Origin: a bacterium | GTDB lineage: Bacteria; Hydrothermota; Tepidihabitantia; Tepidihabitantales; Tepidihabitantaceae | DNA length: 39,043 bases | Reading direction: 5' to 3' | Assembly (NCBI GenBank): GCA_046485285.1 | Contig: JAWOHE010000095.1 | Span: 1-39,043 of the forward strand | Shown here: in pieces, positions 35,284 through 39,043 of the stretch | Numbering within the stretch: position 1 is the stretch's first letter | How the letters are laid out: every line of letters begins with the position of its first letter | Made by a program: the position numbers and the translations under genes | Notes under the pieces: model-generated | The model's input: only the letters and a program-made list of their open reading frames with translations | Database searches by the model: none | What the model was told of the DNA's origin: nothing

Positions 35284-36927
35284 CTAGCAGCCCTTCGCGG
35301 CCGCGATCGGCATCCGCCGCCCGGTGCCGAACGCCTTCGACGTGACCCGGATGCCGGGCGCGGCCTGGCGGCGCTTGTGCTCGCTGTGGTCAACCGCGCG
35401 CCAGACCCAGTCCACCGTCGCGCGGTCGAACCCCGCGGCCGCGACCGCCTCGGCCGGCATCCCGTCCTCGACCAGCCGCTCGAGAATCGGGTCGAGCAGC
35501 TCGTAGGGCGGCAGGGTATCCTGGTCGAGCTGGTTCGGCCGGAGCTCGGCCGACGGCGGCTTCTTTATCGTCGCGGCCGGGATGACCGGCCGCTCCCGGT
35601 TGAGCAGCCGGGCCAGCTCCCGGACCATCGTCTTCGGCACGTCGGCGAGCGGCGCCAGCCCGCCGCTCATGTCGCCGTAGAGCGTGCAGTAGCCAACCGC
35701 GAGCTCGCTCTTGTTCCCGGTCGCCAGCGCCAGCCGGCCGTCCCGGTTGGCGAGCGCCATCAGGATGTTGCCCCGGATCCGGGCCTGGATGTTCTCCTCG
35801 GTCGCGTCCGGCTCCCGGCCGGCGAGCTCGGCCCGGAGCGCGGTCAGGTAGCCGTCGTGGAGCCGGCGGATCGGAATCCGCTTCAGCTCGATGCCGAGGT
35901 TCGCGGCCAGCGCCGCCGCGTCCCGGGTACTGCCCCGCGACGAGAACCGCGACGGCATCGTCACGCCGAGCACGTTCTCCGCGCCCAGCGCCTCGACCGC
36001 CAGCGCCGCGACCACCGCCGAGTCCACCCCGCCCGAAAGCCCGACCACCGCCTGCCGCACCCCGCACTTCCGGAAGTAGTCCCGGACGCCGAGCACCAGC
36101 GCGGTCCGCACCGTCTCGAGCTCGTCCCCCGGCCGGTAGCTGTTCCCGCCCGCCGCGTCGGTGTCCGCGACCGCGACCTCCTCCTCGAACGCGGCGAGGA
36201 CCCGGATGACGTTGCCCTCCCGGTCCAGCACCAGGCTCCGGCCGTCGAACACCAGCTCGTCGTTGCCGCCGACCTGGTTCACGAAGACGAACGGCAGCTT
36301 GAACCGGCGGGCGTGGCCGGCCATCAGCCGCCAGCGGACCCGCTCCCGCCCGGCCGAGAACGGCGAGGCCGCGATGTTCAGGATGATGTCCGCCCCGGAC
36401 CGGGCCAGCGCCTCGACCGGGTCGAACTCGTACGCCCGGGGCTCCTCGGCATCCGGCCCGCTCCAGGCGTCCTCGCAGACGGTCAGGCCGAGGTTCAGGT
36501 CGTCGAGCCGGGCCTTCCGGGCCTGCCGGGCCGGGTCGAAGTAGCGCAGTTCGTCGAAGACGTCGTAGGTCGGCAGGAGCGACTTCGGCTGGCGGGCGAC
36601 CTCCCGCCCGCCCGCGCACAGCACCGCGGCGTTGTGAAGCCCCTTGCCCGCGGCCAGCCCGCTCCGCACCGGCGCCCCGACCAGTATCCCGGTCCCGGCC
36701 AGCCGGCTTGAGAGCTCGACCACCCGGCCCAGCGCGGCCTCGCAACGGTCGATGAACCACGACCGCTCGAGCAGGTCGAGCGGCGGGTAGCCGGAAAGGA
36801 ACAGCTCCGGGAACGCGACCAGGTCCGGCCGCTCCGGGGCGACCCGCTCCAGCGCCAGTTCGAGCAGGCGCAGGTTGCCGGCGAAATCGCCGACCGTCGG
36901 GTTCAATTGTGCCAGCGCGACTCTCAT
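35284..36927 (-). CDS. nadE: Glutamine-dependent NAD+ synthetase
   Basis: CN-hydrolase domain (FPEL, CED.W) plus GLSGGVDS, ENIQARIRG, TGNKSE, TLYGD, PPSAEL. Confidence 0.97.
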   Translation of the reverse strand: MRVALAQLNPTVGDFAGNLRLLELALERVAPERPDLVAFPELFLSGYPPLDLLERSWFIDRCEAALGRVVELSSRLAGTGILVGAPVRSGLAAGKGLHNAAVLCAGGREVARQPKSLLPTYDVFDELRYFDPARQARKARLDDLNLGLTVCEDAWSGPDAEEPRAYEFDPVEALARSGADIILNIAASPFSAGRERVRWRLMAGHARRFKLPFVFVNQVGGNDELVFDGRSLVLDREGNVIRVLAAFEEEVAVADTDAAGGNSYRPGDELETVRTALVLGVRDYFRKCGVRQAVVGLSGGVDSAVVAALAVEALGAENVLGVTMPSRFSSRGSTRDAAALAANLGIELKRIPIRRLHDGYLTALRAELAGREPDATEENIQARIRGNILMALANRDGRLALATGNKSELAVGYCTLYGDMSGGLAPLADVPKTMVRELARLLNRERPVIPAATIKKPPSAELRPNQLDQDTLPPYELLDPILERLVEDGMPAEAVAAAGFDRATVDWVWRAVDHSEHKRRQAAPGIRVTSKAFGTGRRMPIAAAKGC

Positions 36928-36938
36928 GCCTCAGGCAG

Positions 36939-36988
36939 AGTTTGCCGTGCGCCGGATTCCTTGTCAATCCCGGCCGCGCCGGTAGAAT
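36939..36988. promoter_or_regulatory. Divergent promoters with overlapping -35 boxes (TTGTCAA)
   Basis: Minus: TTGACA-17-CAAACT for nadE. Plus: TTGTCA-16-TAGAAT-8 nt-GTG. Confidence 0.55.
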
Positions 36989-36996
36989 CTGGACAA

Positions 36997-37884
36997 GTGC
37001 TGTTCACTTCCTTCCTTGCCTGCCTGCTCGCGGCCTCGACCGCGGTCCCGCACGCCGGCTCGACGCTCGGCCGGCTTCCCCGGCCGGCGGCCGCGGGCGA
37101 GCTCGCCGGCCGCACCATCATCTTCTCGGTCGACGACGGCTACCACTCGGTCTACGCCAACATCTACCCCCTGCTCCGCCGCTACCGGGTGCCGCTGACC
37201 CTCGGCGTCATCGGCGACTACCTGCGCGGCGGCACCCCCCGCTACGAGCCCTCGGCCGGCTACATGCGCCGCTCGGAAATCCGCGAGCTCATCGACTCCT
37301 GCGGCATCGAGGTCGCCAGCCACAGCCTGTCCCACGCCTACCTGACCCGGCTCGACAGCGCGGCCGCCTGGCGGGAAATCCGCGGCTCGAAGGTCCTGCT
37401 CGAATCGCTCTTCGGCGGGGAAGTCATCACCTTCGTCTACCCCTACGGCGACCTCAACGACCGGGTCGTCCGCCAGGTCCGGGCCGCCGGCTACCGGCTC
37501 GGCCGCGCGGTCCGCCCCGGCCGGGTCGACTTCCACCACGACCCCTGGCGCCTGCCGATTGTCGAGCTCCGCCTCGAGACCGGGCTCGAAGACATCAAGC
37601 AGGCCATCCGCGCCCGGCGCGTCACCATCCTCCTCCTCCACCAGGTCGTCGAGGAACCCCGGTACTTCACCCAGTGGCCGCTCGAGGACTTCACCCGGCT
37701 CCTCGAGTGGCTCGACGCCGGCGGCGCGCGGGTGACGACCCTGCGCCAGCTCTACCGGGAATGGTGGTTCGACAGCGTCGAGCGGATACTCGCCGACGCG
37801 GCGGCGGCCTTTCCCGACCGCCGCAAGCGGCTGCTATTCGAGAACGTACAGGTCGACGCTACCCAGGCTCCGCACCCCCGCTGA
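36997..37884 (+). CDS. Polysaccharide deacetylase (NodB/CE4) family protein
   Basis: FSVDDGY, SHSLSH, FVYPYG, LLLH; GTG 36997 begins a signal-like peptide. Confidence 0.85.
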   Translation: MLFTSFLACLLAASTAVPHAGSTLGRLPRPAAAGELAGRTIIFSVDDGYHSVYANIYPLLRRYRVPLTLGVIGDYLRGGTPRYEPSAGYMRRSEIRELIDSCGIEVASHSLSHAYLTRLDSAAAWREIRGSKVLLESLFGGEVITFVYPYGDLNDRVVRQVRAAGYRLGRAVRPGRVDFHHDPWRLPIVELRLETGLEDIKQAIRARRVTILLLHQVVEEPRYFTQWPLEDFTRLLEWLDAGGARVTTLRQLYREWWFDSVERILADAAAAFPDRRKRLLFENVQVDATQAPHPR

Positions 37885-38541
37885 CGCGAACGCGGCCGCG
37901 TTCTCGCGCCTGCCGACGAAGATGTCGATGTGCTTGCCCTGGACCGCGCTCCCGATGTCGTGGGCGTAGAAGATGCCGGTCAGCGGCCGGCCGTTCACGA
38001 CCACCCGGTCGACCGCCGGGATGTACACCCGCGCGCCCATCGGGATGACCCGCGGGTCCACCGCGATCGACTTGAGCTCGGTCAGGTGATAGCCCGCGTA
38101 GCCCAGGAAGTTCTCCCCGACCGCGACCCGGTTCGCCTTCTTCAGGTAGCTGATGCACCGGCCGTCCCGGAGCCGGGCCGCGGCCTCGCGCTTGAAATCC
38201 TGCACGAACCGGCTCGAAAACCGGCCGACGAGGTTCCCGCGCGCATCATAGAGCGCCTCGGCCCGTCCCGCCGGGTAGTCCTTCTCCTCGACCACCCAGT
38301 AGAACGTCACCTTGAACTTGCCGAGGTAGCGCGCCTCCGGGGTCGGCGGCGGCGGGCCGGAAGGCTCGAACAGCCAGTCCGGCGGCGGCACCGCCAGCAC
38401 GGGCTGGGTCGGCTGGGTCCGGGGCACGAAACAGGCCAGCGACAACAGCACCAGCCCGGCCGCGCGCCGGCCCCCGGCCCGCCGGACAGGCCGCGACCCG
38501 GACCGCGCCGGGGACAGACCGCCGAAAGGCGGACTCTGCAT
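37834..38541 (-). CDS. 3D (MltA-like double-psi barrel) domain protein, possible lipoprotein
   Basis: IAVDPRVIPMG, AHDIGSAVQG.HIDIFVG; LSLAC lipobox-like motif. Confidence 0.85.
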   Translation of the reverse strand: MQSPPFGGLSPARSGSRPVRRAGGRRAAGLVLLSLACFVPRTQPTQPVLAVPPPDWLFEPSGPPPPTPEARYLGKFKVTFYWVVEEKDYPAGRAEALYDARGNLVGRFSSRFVQDFKREAAARLRDGRCISYLKKANRVAVGENFLGYAGYHLTELKSIAVDPRVIPMGARVYIPAVDRVVVNGRPLTGIFYAHDIGSAVQGKHIDIFVGRRENAAAFASAGVRSLGSVDLYVLE

Positions 38542-38860
38542 TCAACAATTATCCGGCTATTTTCGGCAAGTCAAGTCCGCCCGGCCCGGCACCCGGACCG
38601 GCTCGACCTAACGCCAATACCATCAACAACTTAACTGAGCCGGGCCTCAGCCGGGTCGCGCCACCCCGGTCATCAATGACGGCTCGTGGCAGCCGCCGAC
38701 CTGCCTCCCGCCCTGCTCCTGTCACGTCCCGGCCCTGGTTCGGACCGCTGCCGGTCACCCGGTCGCGCTCATCGGCGCACGACGTCTTCCGACGCCGGCC
38801 GCTCAGTATGCTCCTGTGCCCGCTTCTTCGTGCCGTGCGTCCGGACTCCTCCCCGCCCCG

Positions 38861-38893
38861 GAAAAGAGCCCGGGCAGGGTCGCCCCTGCCCGG
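38861..38893 (-). terminator. Intrinsic terminator
   Basis: Minus strand ccgggcaggg-gcga-ccctgcccgg followed by gctcttttc, 20 nt after the stop at 38914. Confidence 0.75.
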
Positions 38894-38913
38894 ACCGAAT
38901 CACGAGCCGGCCG

Positions 38914-39043
38914 TTACTCCGCGACCAGCACCTTCCGCACCGACGAACCGGCCTCCGTCACCAACCGGCAGAAATACACCCCCTCGGCCAGCCGCCGGCC
39001 GAAGTCGTCGTCCGCCAACCAGCTCGCCGTGCCCGAAACCGGC
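38914..39043 (-). CDS. 3' end of a FlgD-type CTD-bearing protein (partial)
   Basis: Hand translation ...SWLADDDFGRRLAEGVYFCRLVTEAGSSVRKVLVAE*. Confidence 0.8.
   Translation of the reverse strand, partial: PVSGTASWLADDDFGRRLAEGVYFCRLVTEAGSSVRKVLVAE

Noticed and set aside
38549-38758. 69-aa minus-strand ORF
   Set aside because: No motif or clear RBS, and it overlaps the predicted promoter of the 3D-domain gene.

Overview
GC-rich bacterial DNA. The protein style resembles FCB-associated lineages such as candidate division WOR-3 (inference). Bases 1-18 kb are mostly exported proteins built as signal peptide + variable domain + T9SS/FlgD-like C-terminal domain (CTD); 12 CTD-bearing genes lie in the window. 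Six of them form a head-to-tail array at 1-9.8 kb, joined by a conserved stop/RBS/start junction and preceded by a sigma70 promoter and a structured leader. The rest holds a cobalamin riboswitch with btuB, two M23 peptidases, PHP and M28 hydrolases, a DtxR-family regulator with zupT, a 1-phosphofructokinase-like kinase, fba, a degenerate sirtuin, a nitroreductase, a TMTC-like TPR membrane protein, nadE, a polysaccharide deacetylase and a 3D-domain protein. The most unusual signal is a set of tiny structured DNA elements, mostly sitting in frame inside genes: a 27-bp element (6 copies), a ~93-bp multi-hairpin element (3 copies), a ~24-bp element (3 copies), REP-like hairpins and heptamer tracts. 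No transposase, CRISPR array, tRNA or rRNA was seen.
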